NCBI GenBank assembly: GCA_017499595.2
Contig: CM038998.1
Coordinates: 496,001 to 560,000 of the forward strand
Reading direction: 5' to 3'
DNA: 64,000 nt
Source of the DNA: Psilocybe cubensis
Taxonomy: Eukaryota
Shown here in pieces: positions 41,631-52,708 of this stretch. Positions within the stretch are counted from its first letter, which is position 1. Each line of letters opens with the position of its first letter. Made by a program: the position numbers and the translations under genes. The notes below the pieces were generated by a model that was not told the DNA's origin, made no database searches, and was given only the letters and a program-made list of their open reading frames with translations.

Positions 41631-43389
41631 ATGCTGAAAACAATTTTCTTTATCGCACTCCTGGTAGTCGAGTTGGCAGGGAACCCAATACTCGTTGAAA
41701 GGTCCCCTATTAACCTACCCATATCTCGTCGGGCAAACATCACGGGTGGTCTTGACCTCTTGAAGCGTGACCGTGCCCGGGTCGGATACATTAAAACACA
41801 GGCCGTCTCGAGAGGACCTGCAGATTTGCGGTCTGTTCGCGATTTTTTCGATTTCATTGACTACGACGGGGTTGGCTACGTTGCCAAGGTCGGCGTTGGT
41901 TACCCAACTACATATTGTAAGTTTTTATTAAACTTCAGTACGATGGTAGCCTGATTCCCCTTATTGATTCCCTTATTGTCGATACTGGAAGGTATACTGC
42001 CGTTCTCTTTTTTGCAATGACAACTTACATCAGTCAAAAGTTCAAACACATGGATTGGAGCCGGCCGACCATACGAGAAAACCTTTACCAGTCACAAGAC
42101 TACGTACCGGGTGGTAGGTACCTCATTTATAGGCTTTGCTCAAAGAAAAATACTGGCAAAAACAATGTCATTAACCCTTATCCTCAGGAACTCAATTATG
42201 GATCGGGATCCATCTTTGGAGACGAATATATTGACAACTTATTCCTGACTCCGAGCCACGTAGTCGCACGGCAATCTATAGGAGTTGTTAACAAGGCATT
42301 TCACTTCTGGTATGTTAAAGTTTAAACTTGCTGATTATTCATCCCAGGCGAAAGGATTTGAGGGTGTGGATGGTATACTAGGGTACGGATACATCTGCTT
42401 AATTAGCTCGGTTTCACATCATTATATTTGACGCTTTCTGATGAGTTAGAATCGGTCCTGTTAATCTTACTTTGGGAACCTTGTCTGACAATAGCATTCG
42501 AGTCCCAACTGTGACGGACAACCTTTTCTCACAAGGGACAATTTCTTCCAATGAAATCGGAATAACCTTCCAGCCAACCACTGCAACTGATGAACATGGT
42601 GCTAAAGGAGTAATAACCTGGGGTACGCTCATTAATAAAGTACCCAGGCCGGCCTCATTCCTCATAGATTGACGTAATAGGCAGACCCGACTCGCACTGG
42701 TTCACAGGCAATATTTCCTACATGTAAGTAATCGCATCGCTGGGGGAAACTATGCATCGAAACCATAATTTGTTTCCCCCAGATCGTTGACGAACAAATT
42801 TCCTTCCTCTGAATTCTGGGGGTTCGACCATTCTATCCGATATGGCTCATCGACCACAATTCTGTCCTCTGGAACTGGAGTCGTCGATACAGGTTCGTCA
42901 ATGCTTGTGTACAAAATGGGCCATAATTTGATATGAAAGCGATTAGGTGCCACCTTTATTCTGCTCGCCCGAGATGCATTTAACAGATACCAGGCTGCTA
43001 CAAACAGTCAGCCCGATAGCAATACTGGCTTATTAAAGCTACCGGCTTCCAGTTACAACAGTCTAGAAAGCTTATTTTTCTCTGCAGGAGAAGTGAGTAA
43101 CATGTAGAGTTGATTCCAGCAAGTACCATTTCTCATTACCGTGACCTTTCTCTAGCATACTTTTGAATTTACTTCCAATGCGCAAATATGGCCTCGATCG
43201 CTAAACGCTGACATAGGCGGAGTCGCTGGAAGCATTTATCTCATTGTTGCGGATGCGGGAACTCCGTACCCCTATGGAGACGTTGCTTACGGCTATGTTT
43301 TTCTTCAACGATTTTATTGTGTATACGATACCGCAAACAGGCGCCTGGGTCTTGCAGAGACAGAGTTTACAAGAGATACATCCAATTAG
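41631..43389 (+). CDS. A1 aspartic protease, copy 2 (possibly a pseudogene: defective splice sites)
   Basis: Signal peptide, YVAKVGVGYPTT, LIVDTG, GVVDTGAT, FLQRFYCVYD. The acceptor before the DTG micro-exon reads ttattg instead of ...ag (~41966), and one donor is gcattt (~42296). Confidence 0.8.
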
Positions 43390-44005
43390 TTTAGCTACCT
43401 TGACGCGTCGTCCCTCAAGCTGGGATCAAATAGTGATCCATCCGATGTACAATTACTAGTATAGAAACTTTTCATGCCACTTGCAGAGGATCCGCGTGTA
43501 CTTTGAGAACTCGTAATATGGTGTAGCCAATGTTTCATAATACGTCAAATTGGCAAGACAAGAGGCCAAATTCTTAATAAACTAAGATGACAGTTTATGT
43601 GGATGGAAGTAAACTGATATCCTCAGTTTGTGCATCTCAATGTGTAAATCATCCTTGGAGAGCCGGCATAATTTTGCGTAGTCTGGCGGCTGACGTATAG
43701 TATAGCAATCAGTGTATACTTGGACCCTTCCTTCAGTCCAAGTCGGTAAGAGTGCAGACAATGCCGTGGTGCCGCGATTTCGGCATTAACCGAATACGGC
43801 AATTATTGTCGTCATGAACCGGCAGGATATGTCATTCCGTAGGTTTCCGCCCCTGACTACAATATGCTTAGAGGGAAATCGGTGTGCATATGTAGATCAT
43901 CAGGCCTTTGCTTCACCTATAAAACGTGAGATTTGTGCCCAATGAAGCATCAATCTCTTCGAAACCATTTTATAACACTCACACTTCAACAACCTCGTCC
44001 AACCA

Positions 44006-44861
44006 ATGTCTAAAATCATCCTCGTAACTGGTACGTCAACACTCCAACTACACGACTTGAAAATCTGAGATAGTTCTTGTATAGGCGGAAATGCTGGCAT
44101 AGGTCTTGCCCTTGTCCGGCTTCTGGCAGAGAAGGGCCACATCGTCTATATCGGTTCTAGAAATGAAGAGGCCGGTAAAAAAATCAAGTAAGAGCGAGTT
44201 TCTGCATTGTCTTGTCAACATTACTCCCTGACACATGTTGCTTTTCCAATCAATTAGAGATGAGCTTATCAGTGAAGGATTGACAACCGTCAAGGACGTT
44301 CAACTTGACGTTACTCAAGTCGCAAGCATCCAAGCTGCTAAGGACAAGATCGAGCAAGCTGAGGGAAGGCTCGACGTGCTCGTCAACAATGCAGGCATCA
44401 GCAGAATGGATGCTCAGCAAATCGCTACATCAGTCGAAGTTTCCGTGATGAGAGATACGATGGAAACCAACTTCTTCGGACTCGTACAGACGACCACCAC
44501 ACTTCTTCCCCTCCTCCGCAAATCCCCTCAGGCCGTTATTTTGAATGTCAGCATGGAAATGGGATCCAACACACTCATGTCACGCCCTGAATACCAATTC
44601 CTCCACAAATTCGTCGCTTACAACACAAGCAAGGCTGCGATGAATTCATATACGGTAGCTTTGGCCTACGAGTTGAAGGACGCAGGTATCAAAGTGAATG
44701 CGGTATGCCCCGGATTTTGCTCTACCAAGCTCAATTTCTTTGCGGAGGGCGGAAAGACCGCAAAGGAAGGAGCAGAGCTTCTGCTGCCTTATGCCTTGCT
44801 GGACAAAGACGGAATCACTGGCAAATTTGTTGACTCGAGGGGCGATGACTCCATATGGTAG
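44006..44861 (+). CDS. Short-chain dehydrogenase/reductase (carbonyl-reductase-like)
   Basis: MSKIILVTG|GNAGIG, LDVLVNNAG, TNFFG, catalytic YNTSK, KVNAVCPG. Confidence 0.92.
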
Positions 44862-44977
44862 ATATATTATTGTGTTGCCCACAAAGAAATCAATGATCGT
44901 AGTTCTTCCATTTACCTTCAATTCGTTGGACGGAATGATTTCAATGACCATAGGAAGACTCTATTGGAAGACTGTGA

Positions 44978-45803
44978 TTATTTTGAAGATCGTTTAGGTC
45001 GACGGGCCACCCGTCTCCATAATAGTATCCAAAGGGCTCTAAGCAAGCCTATCGGCGGTACCAACCAGCTCAATCGCCATGACCAACCTGATTGCTTCTC
45101 CAGTTTCTGTAGCAGGCCATCAATGTGTCGTTCGAGGTCTTGTTTAGAACCAGAATTGTCGATGACAATATCAGCGTAGGCAACTTTCTCCGTGATTGGA
45201 AGTTGGGATTTGAGACGGGATGTCGCATCTTCGCGTGACGATCCGTCCCTGAGCATGAGCCGCTGCAACTGCAGTTCCTCGGAGCTTAAAAAAGTCGTGT
45301 CTTAGTCGATACCGTTCTAGCAGCAAGACATTGTAGAACAAATACGCACCAGTACACCACAACGACCTGAGCAACCAACTGCCATAGCCCGCCTTCAATC
45401 AGCAGAGGAACGTCCATTACGCAATACTTGTGCCCTCTTATCCAGAACGCAAGTACTTGCCAGAGCATTGCCTTTCTCACAGCAGGATGAACTATCGCAT
45501 TCAACTGCTTCCGCTTGCCCTCGTCGTTGAAAATGATGCTCCCAAGTTTCTTCCTGTCAAGCGCGCCGTCAGGAAGAAGTACGTCATCCCCAAACGCCTT
45601 CTTAATCTTCTCCAGCGCAGGCATCCCAGGTTCGACTACTTCGCGCGCAATCACATCGGCGTCGACGATGGGGACGTTGGACGCTTTGAGCATCGACGAC
45701 ACTGTTGACTTTCCGGTGGCAATACCTCCTGTTAGGCCTATCACTGCGCCTACGTTATTGCCCACGAGCTAGAAGAGACGTGAGGAGAAGGAGTACCAAG
45801 CAT
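44978..45803 (-). CDS. CAB5: Dephospho-CoA kinase (CoaE family)
   Basis: ML|VIGLTGGIATGKST P-loop, DADVIAREVVEPG, LDRKKLGSIIF, LNAIVHPAV, DVPLLIE, QLQRLMLRD, ADIVIDNSGS. Confidence 0.92.
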
Positions 45804-46003
45804 TGTTGTAGTTCTGTGGCGCTGGGACGTGGGGTATGGTAAGTAGTCAAAGTAAGAACGTGCACTCGGTAATTTGGAACACCGGGAGACCCTGCGAGAG
45901 CATTCTCAAACTCCGAGTCTAGCCGGTCTCGGCAAGCTTAACAACAACACCATAGATTTAAACACGAAAGTAGCATACCTAATTTATAGCTGCTTTCATA
46001 TCA

Positions 46004-46680
46004 TTACTTGGATTCCACGGCTCTGTGTTGCGACTTGTTTGACGAATAACTGTAATCACAATCGATATATGAGCAGCATGCAACAAGTTCCGTAAGATTG
46101 CTCCAGTCTACGTCAAGGCTGTCTAGCTTGACGTATGGGACGTTCAGAATGAGTGATTCTGCCTTAAAATTCAAGTCAGGCAATGAATTGGAGCAAGAAT
46201 GTATTTTCAACGTCTTCAAGACACATGGTGAACCAAAGAAATGTCCTATGGAGATACGAGTAAGTATAGAGTAGCTCACGCGTAGGCTGAGATAGTGACA
46301 ACGACGAAGAGTTTCGACGACGACGTCTGCTAGAGGGATGAAAAATTGGAACATTTCTGTCCGATATGTTCCATATTCTTCCACGAGAAAAATTGAAAGA
46401 AAAAGTTTTCTGAAACGGCCAAGCCACTCAATCGCAAGGCCCACAGGCGAGGAGAGTCCCAAGCAATATTGCGCCATCGTTGACATACGGCACCTAGAGG
46501 AAGGAAGCCCTTGGGCTGGATACAAGGGTCGAATCTTGTGGCACTGCCTGGTTCGATGTAGAGCTGGAATATGTATGCAAGCACTTCAGCCGGCATCCGA
46601 TCAGTTACATTCCTGGAGCTTTGCTGGTGAAGCTGAGGTAAGGATATTTCCTCGGAAAGTAAAGCTTGTGGAGTCGACAT
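46004..46680 (-). pseudogene. F-box gene relic, 5' half, frameshifted and deleted
   Basis: RMPAEVLAYIFQLYI...LPLGAVCQRWRNIAW...LW in one frame, then LAIEWLGR...LDVDWSNLTEL in another; homologous to 34849 and 39312 but truncated. Confidence 0.8.
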
Positions 46681-46984
46681 GTGCAGAGACCAATTCTTTG
46701 AAGTTGCAAGTTGGAAGGTGAGCGTGGACGTAGGTGTGAACTTGTTGATTTGATTGTTCTACAGACTATATAGTCTATTTTCAAGTCAAGGTTAACCCGC
46801 CTCCTATCTAATTATAGCGGCTATCGGTCAGCTTCAACCTCCGCCCGAACTCCGCACGGGTCTTTTACCAGTGACGAATCAGGGCGACTCGTACCATTCA
46901 TTTTCGAATCAAAACATACAACCTCACACAGAAGTTTTGACTAGGCTTTAAGTCAATTTCATGAAAAGTATCGATCCTGATCAT

Positions 46985-47200
46985 TGCACAAGTTGGAATA
47001 CCAGGTGGGTTCAGGTGTGTCGTCTCTATCTCTCTGGCCGTTTTCAACGCTCCCCTTGTGTGGATATGCTACCGAGTGAAACTGATATAAAGAACTTCGG
47101 GGTGATGAAAGAAGGTTTGAAGGTGGCTGGAGATGGGAATAGGAATGGGAATGGATGGCGATCTTGGGTATCATGAAGTCTCATGAAAGCGTTGCTTTGC
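46985..47200 (+). pseudogene. F-box gene relic, 3' part and downstream flank (paralogous to 40445-41085)
   Basis: gtcgtctctatctctctggccgttttcaacgctc (47019-47052) nearly matches 40475-40509; gatataaa...ggttt..aggtgg matches the copy-2 stop region; tcatgaaagcgttgcttt resembles 41068-41085. Confidence 0.7.
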
Positions 47201-47265
47201 TCTGCTAAAGGGTGACACCAGCCCCTGCCAACGGACACTTCAAACCGTAGAGAAAAATGCATAAA

Positions 47266-47307
47266 CACAGCTTTCGGTTTTTCCAACATCAGAGATTTAG
47301 GGAAAAT
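47266..47307 (+). repeat. Left imperfect terminal inverted repeat
   Basis: cacagc-N15-catcagagatttagggaaaat. Confidence 0.65.
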
Positions 47308-47700
47308 CTTATCGTACAATATGATGTGATATAATTTGTATAATATGCTATCGTTGCGGCTGGAAGTGGTGTAAGTATTATACCACGGATGATAGTATAC
47401 CATGAGGGTTGTAATGTGATGATATAGCCAATGTCATGTAGAGCCGGTCTGCCAAGACTTTATCGCCTCGGGTCGGTATTACAACAAAACGATCATCTGT
47501 TGTAATCTATATGCACAATTCCATTGGATTACACCTACATTATGGACTCGTTGTCATAATGATATCTGGTACATCTACTTGCTACATTTCTGATTTGCTG
47601 TGATCGTTATACCACATTCTTACACGCGTTCTTAAGGGTAATTGAATAATTCACGTGCAAACAATTTATATTTCTGTAATCCAAAAACAATCTACATAGC

Positions 47701-49464
47701 TTACGCACTCCCTTCCCCCGCATGCACCGCACGCGACTCACGAAGCATGGAAAAGGGAGAATCTTCATCATCTGAATCTTCTCCAACTTCAGTTGTGACC
47801 GGTCCATTAGGGAATACCATACTGCATATAACAGATCAACAAAATTCTCAGAATTAAAGATATTAAACTCACTCGTTCCACCATTTCAAGAGTTCTGTGA
47901 TGTGCTTTTTGTGCTCCTCTGAATGCTGGCGTGTATCTTCAAAATAATCCACAACAAAGTTGTAGAGACGACTAAAGTTGATGTAATAATATTCATCTTG
48001 CCATTGAGTTGCGTCGGTAAGATTAAATATCAACTAGAATAATAATTGAGTAATTATAAACAATAAAGAAGTGATAAAAACTCACAATGACCGCAGCATA
48101 TGCAATTGTGCGAGGGGTTACACGTCCATCCAACCCGATAATAGCCGCAACAGACCTTTTTGTTGCCTTCCGAGACCGACGAAAATTGGCCAGACGCATG
48201 GCACCAACACCCACTGTATCATCGGGATGAAAGGCTTCCGCTGATGCCGGGCCAGTGAATAGGGCACAGTAAGTCTTTGAACGATACATTAAATTCTGTT
48301 ATATTAAGGATGGTATGCAACGTACCTTGACTAAGAGTGTACTTCTCAAAAACAGATAGTCGAGGGAATGGCCATCTAAACAATGATTTCGAGGATACAA
48401 TGCACCCAAGAAACATGTTTTTCGGAGACGCGGTTTCAAGTCTACATCACCAGCACACACCTTGGCCCTAACACTAAAAAATGAATAGAGATTAGAAGGG
48501 TGATACTTTGATAAATTACAACATACATTTCGTTTGACCAGTCATGCATAATAGGACAAAGCAACCGGCCAGTGATTGTGTTTTGAAGGCCTCGCTGATC
48601 CCTGCTCTTTGTGAAAAAATGCTGGCTTGGGTTGTACATTTGGTTCAGAAATGTAGCGACTTCTTCCTTCATACGGCGTACATCGTCGGATCGTGCAGCA
48701 TTTCCCTTTTTTTCAACATTACGAAGAAAGGCTAAATTGTCAGACTTGACTCGCCAGTCAAACGTAGGGCTGAGAATTGGGCGCAGAGTTGGAACGTAAC
48801 TGAGCAGTAGTTTGAAGCTTTGAAAGTTACGAATGTGGCTAAAAACAAAGTCAATGTAGCGGCTGTAAAGCAAAAAAGAAGAGCACGTACTTGGTAATCT
48901 GGCTAGCAGTCATGCTGAGTGTCTCCGGGTCCAAATGATGCACATCCTGGGCAAGATGAAGAGTTTCAATACTATCAAACAATGAAACAGCCTTTCGAAG
49001 GCAACGTCCTTCCGCATGGCCATCCGAATCATCCCTAAACATTAGCAGGAGTTTTAAAATATACAATGACAATACTTACTGCAACGCAGCCCATGGACGA
49101 TGCCTTTTTGCTCCAAGCTTGGCCGTCAGATCCTCATTTAATCTTTTAAGACTAGACACTTCAGCCCTCAGTTGCAAGCGAGTGGGTGATTCCTGTGACT
49201 GTTGACTAGATGATGAGCCAGATGATGGTGGCTGGCCTGAATACGATGTCGGAAAGCTTGGTGGTAGTGGAGAGTGGCTATAAGGGTCATGATGTTCTCG
49301 AGACCCATGCGGCCCACGGATTGGCGTTGATCCTGGTGCTCCACCTGTCAAGTAACACAAAAACATTAAAGAGAGAATAGATAAGAACACAGTGCAAGCC
49401 ATTGCATACCGTAATCATCAAGTGGGTCTCTTCCTCGATGTCCTCCCCCATATCGACGGTCCAT
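47701..49464 (-). CDS. DUF6698-type protein inside the transposon (intact, multi-exon)
   Basis: MDRRYGGG start; ARSDDVRRMK, RGLQNTITGRLLCPIMHDW, FLRSTLLVK|TYCALFTGPASA, GRVTPRTIAYAAV, LYNFVVDYFE, LLKWWN-MVFP; exons splice in frame. Confidence 0.8.
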
Positions 49465-49922
49465 GCTATACAGGATAGGATGATGAAAGATAAAATTTTG
49501 TATTGGTTTTAAACCGATAGAAACAGGAGTAGCCATAGGCTTGGCCTTGGGTGCGGAAGGCGGGAAATGATTAACATTCTATGGAAATTTTCTACGCCAC
49601 TTACTGCAGTGTGTTTCTGGGCTCAAAAACCTCTGTGCCAACGTGGATAAAGCCATAGAAAGAGACATAAAGGAGGAGAATAAAGAAATAGATGAGGTGG
49701 CAAGGTGGTAGTAATGAATCAACAATCTGTAGTGTGACAATCGTCTGAGATCCACACTGTGGGAACAAAATTGATGGCTGAAAATTACACCATTTGAAGA
49801 CGTAGCCAAGCTTGGATAAATTTCTCCTTTAAATCTACATTCTAGCATCGTAATTCCATTCTAACATCGCAATTGCACGAATATCTACTACACAAAACCA
49901 CACATAACCCACAGAGGCAGGC

Positions 49923-50792
49923 ATGCCCCGGGGAATCTCCACCAATGTCTATCCAGTCATTCTTTCTTCTCGAACTCGAACAATACGTGACGAGGTTATT
50001 GAAAGCTCCCAAGTTGAAGAATGCGAGGTAAGCATTTTAAAATTTGTGTAAAAAGGAAAAACTTTACTTACTTTAATGAGTGTATACAGTTGCACATACC
50101 ACCTGCTTCTGTAGGAGATGACTTTGACATTCACAGCGAGATGGGGCCAGCTGTAGTTGCTGATTGCTCAATAACTAGCAATACTTTGGATAGTGATGAC
50201 GGAATTGTTATCTTTGAAGACCATTCAAACGGAGCTGTTGAGAGAGCCGTTGAGGAGGAAGATGAGATCAACAGATCTATTGAGAGAGTTGTCGAGGAGG
50301 AAAGTCAGCTAACTGTCGATTGGTCGGAAGAGTCAATGGAACGTCACATGGCCAATCTGTTTGGCCTCGATACTCAAGAACACATGGCACAGTTATCTCA
50401 GGAAATTCGCGAAGCTGTGGAGCAAGAGATGGCTGCAAATTGTATCAATACTGGCAAGTTATAGATTTGTTTCGTTACATACCGATTCATTGATCACTGA
50501 TATGTGTCAACTTCTAGCTTCTGCATGCTCCATGGACCCAGCACAAGCTAGCGAAACTGAAAACAAGTCAGATCACAATAATCAGAGACCAAAAATCATA
50601 CCGATTTATCATTTCACACCCGTCGACTTCCCTGAACCACCCGCGCCATTACGCCTTGGGACTCCACGATGCAATGCGGGCAAAGCGGCGCGTAAAGCTC
50701 GAAAAATAGCGGCTGAGATTGCTACATTGGAAGGTGTCTTGAATGACTTGCGCAAGCGCCATAGACGCTACTTGAGGGAATCATACCTGTAG
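49923..50792 (+). CDS. Hypothetical acidic/coiled-coil protein inside the transposon (3 exons)
   Basis: MPRGISTNVYPVILSSRTRTIRDEVIESSQVEECE|LHIPPAS...MAANCINT|(GC donor gcaagt)ASACSMDP...IAAEIATLEGVLNDLRKRHRRYLRESYL*; divergent from the DUF6698 gene. Confidence 0.6.
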
Positions 50793-50850
50793 ATAAAATG
50801 GGCTGGTCAGTACATACTGTAGCAAACAAAAAGCTTGTACAAACCAAAGC

Positions 50851-51260
50851 GTGTTATTTCTCCTTCCTACTAAGTCGGTTGAGCCTGAGCCGAAGCAGCA
50901 GCAGAAATGTTGTATCTGCCTTGACGGCCTGTCTGCATCGATAAGGCGTTATGGTTGTCAATACTTGTCGACTCCGAAACTATGTCGTAATTGCAGCTCC
51001 CACATCCGCACACACGCCAGCACCCGAGTCAACCCTTTTTCCGCAAAACACAATGGGAATGCTCTTGCAGACGCGCTCAAGATTGCGATGCCAGTGAGGG
51101 ACGTTTTTGTAGGTGAGTGAGTATGAATGGAGGTGGCACGGGGGTTGATGACGAACTGAGTGGGTTTGGCGGTGCAATGGGTGGTGTGCATGGCGAGCCG
51201 ATACAAACTATCCGAAGACCCCAACCAAAAGGTCATCCTAGACGGCAAACGCGAGCGACG
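50851..51260 (+). pseudogene. Cys-rich coding relic truncated at the PDA1 junction
   Basis: CCICLDG...CRNCSSH followed by broken frames ending DPNQKVILDGKRERR exactly where the PDA1-derived sequence begins. Confidence 0.35.
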
Positions 51261-51320
51261 GTTCAGGGCTGGTCGTTCGCAACACCCCCCTCTTCAATGT
51301 AAGACGGCAAACGTGAGCAA

Positions 51321-52215
51321 TGGTTCAGGGCTGGCCTTGGCCTCCTCGACGGTGGCGTCGACCTCAGCCTTGGCCTTCCTGTCAAGCTGCTTAAGCTCCT
51401 GCTCGTTCGCAACACCCCACTCTTCGATGTATTTCTGGAGACTACAGATGGGGTCCTGGGTAGAACGCATACGCTGGACTTCCTCACGGGTACGGTAGGT
51501 GGTTCCTGGGTCGAACATGCTGTGGAGTTGGGTCAGAAAGCAGTTTACACGAGGTAATTTGGTAAACGCACGAGTGTCCTCCATAGCGGTATGTCACGAA
51601 TTCAAGGAGAAGAGGACCATTCTGGTTGTCGACAGTCCACTTCCTGGCATACTCAACAGCATGCTTGGTGGCGAGAATATCCATTCTGTTAACCTATTAC
51701 AACAGATGAACAAATGAGCATCAGTGCAATGAACACATACGGGAGAAGCAAGAACCACGGAACGGTAAACCTACCTGGAGACCAGGGATTTTGTCACCGC
51801 GCTTAAAGTACTCGGTGTTGGAGGACGAGCGGGCGGCAGAGGTACCCATACCCGTACTTGTTGTTTTCACATACAAAGACAGTGGGCAAGTTCCACAATT
51901 TGGCCTATAGAGATGCAATGTATTAAGGAAACAGGAATATATGCGCAATTAATGAACGCACCATGTTGTAGGCTTCAAACACCTGTCCCCGGTTGCTGGC
52001 CCCATCATCATACAGAGCGAAAGTGCAGGTCTTCTCGCCCATGTACTTCTGGGCGAAGCTGACACCAGCACCATTGGGTACTTGAGCACCGACAATAGAA
52101 GGGATAAAGATGTGCATCAAACCACCCTTTCCAAGCGACATGCTGGCCTAGGGTGGCAGCGGTAGGTGGTGATGACACAGTCATCTTTGGTGATTCCGTG
52201 TTCAAGGCCAATTGC
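51321..52215 (-). pseudogene. PDA1: Captured, degenerate fragment of pyruvate dehydrogenase E1 alpha subunit gene
   Basis: [110 protein letters not shown]; ends EAKASPEP. Internal deletions, a frameshift and three retained introns. Confidence 0.93.
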
Positions 52216-52440
52216 TGAACGGGATGCCACACAAGATGTGCACGCAAGAGATGAGTAGATGCGGGTGAAATCCTGGAACAGAGAATGACGATGAGAGACG
52301 TGTCACGATGGGTGTATTGGACTGATACTCACTACCACAACGGCTGCTGCTAAACTAAAGCACAGTGTAATGTCTGACTCGGAGGTGTCGTTCTAGGGTG
52401 ATGAGAAGGGTGTGATGGAGCAGAATCCATGGCAGCAGAA

Positions 52441-52524
52441 CCCTTGTTGTCCCCTCAGTCTCCCTGAAATCCCCAGCCCAGGGATGATCCATGGTTTTTC
52501 AGGGAAGCTGAGGGGTAAGAAGGG
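52441..52524. repeat. Imperfect ~28-bp inverted repeat upstream of the transposase
   Basis: cccttgttgtcccctcagtctccctgaaa (52441-52469) vs rc of 52497-52524 cccttcttacccctcagcttccctgaaa; outer catggc/gccatg extends it to 52428-52537. Confidence 0.7.
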
Positions 52525-52708
52525 CACGGTGGCCATGTAGATCTGTGCAGTATGAAGAGAACAAACATGGAACTGGCGCAAGTTGCGCAAGTGACATGTC
52601 ACATGACTTGAATGTGCGCGCGCGTCGAGTCGTTTACGCCTAATTTTCCTGCCTTGCTGCTTTATTGCTACTTATTCTACTCTTGCTGCACAGTAAAGCC
52701 TTGATCTT

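Noticed and set aside
43900-45803. Secondary-metabolite cluster (SDR, dephospho-CoA kinase, ABC transporter)
   Set aside because: No PKS, NRPS, terpene synthase or RiPP precursor seen; CAB5 is housekeeping.
51240-51431. CRISPR-like repeat-spacer pattern
   Set aside because: Only two copies, eukaryotic context, explained by junction duplication.
51321-52215. Functional second PDA1 gene
   Set aside because: Lacks both termini, has internal deletions, a frameshift and a mutated GDG motif.
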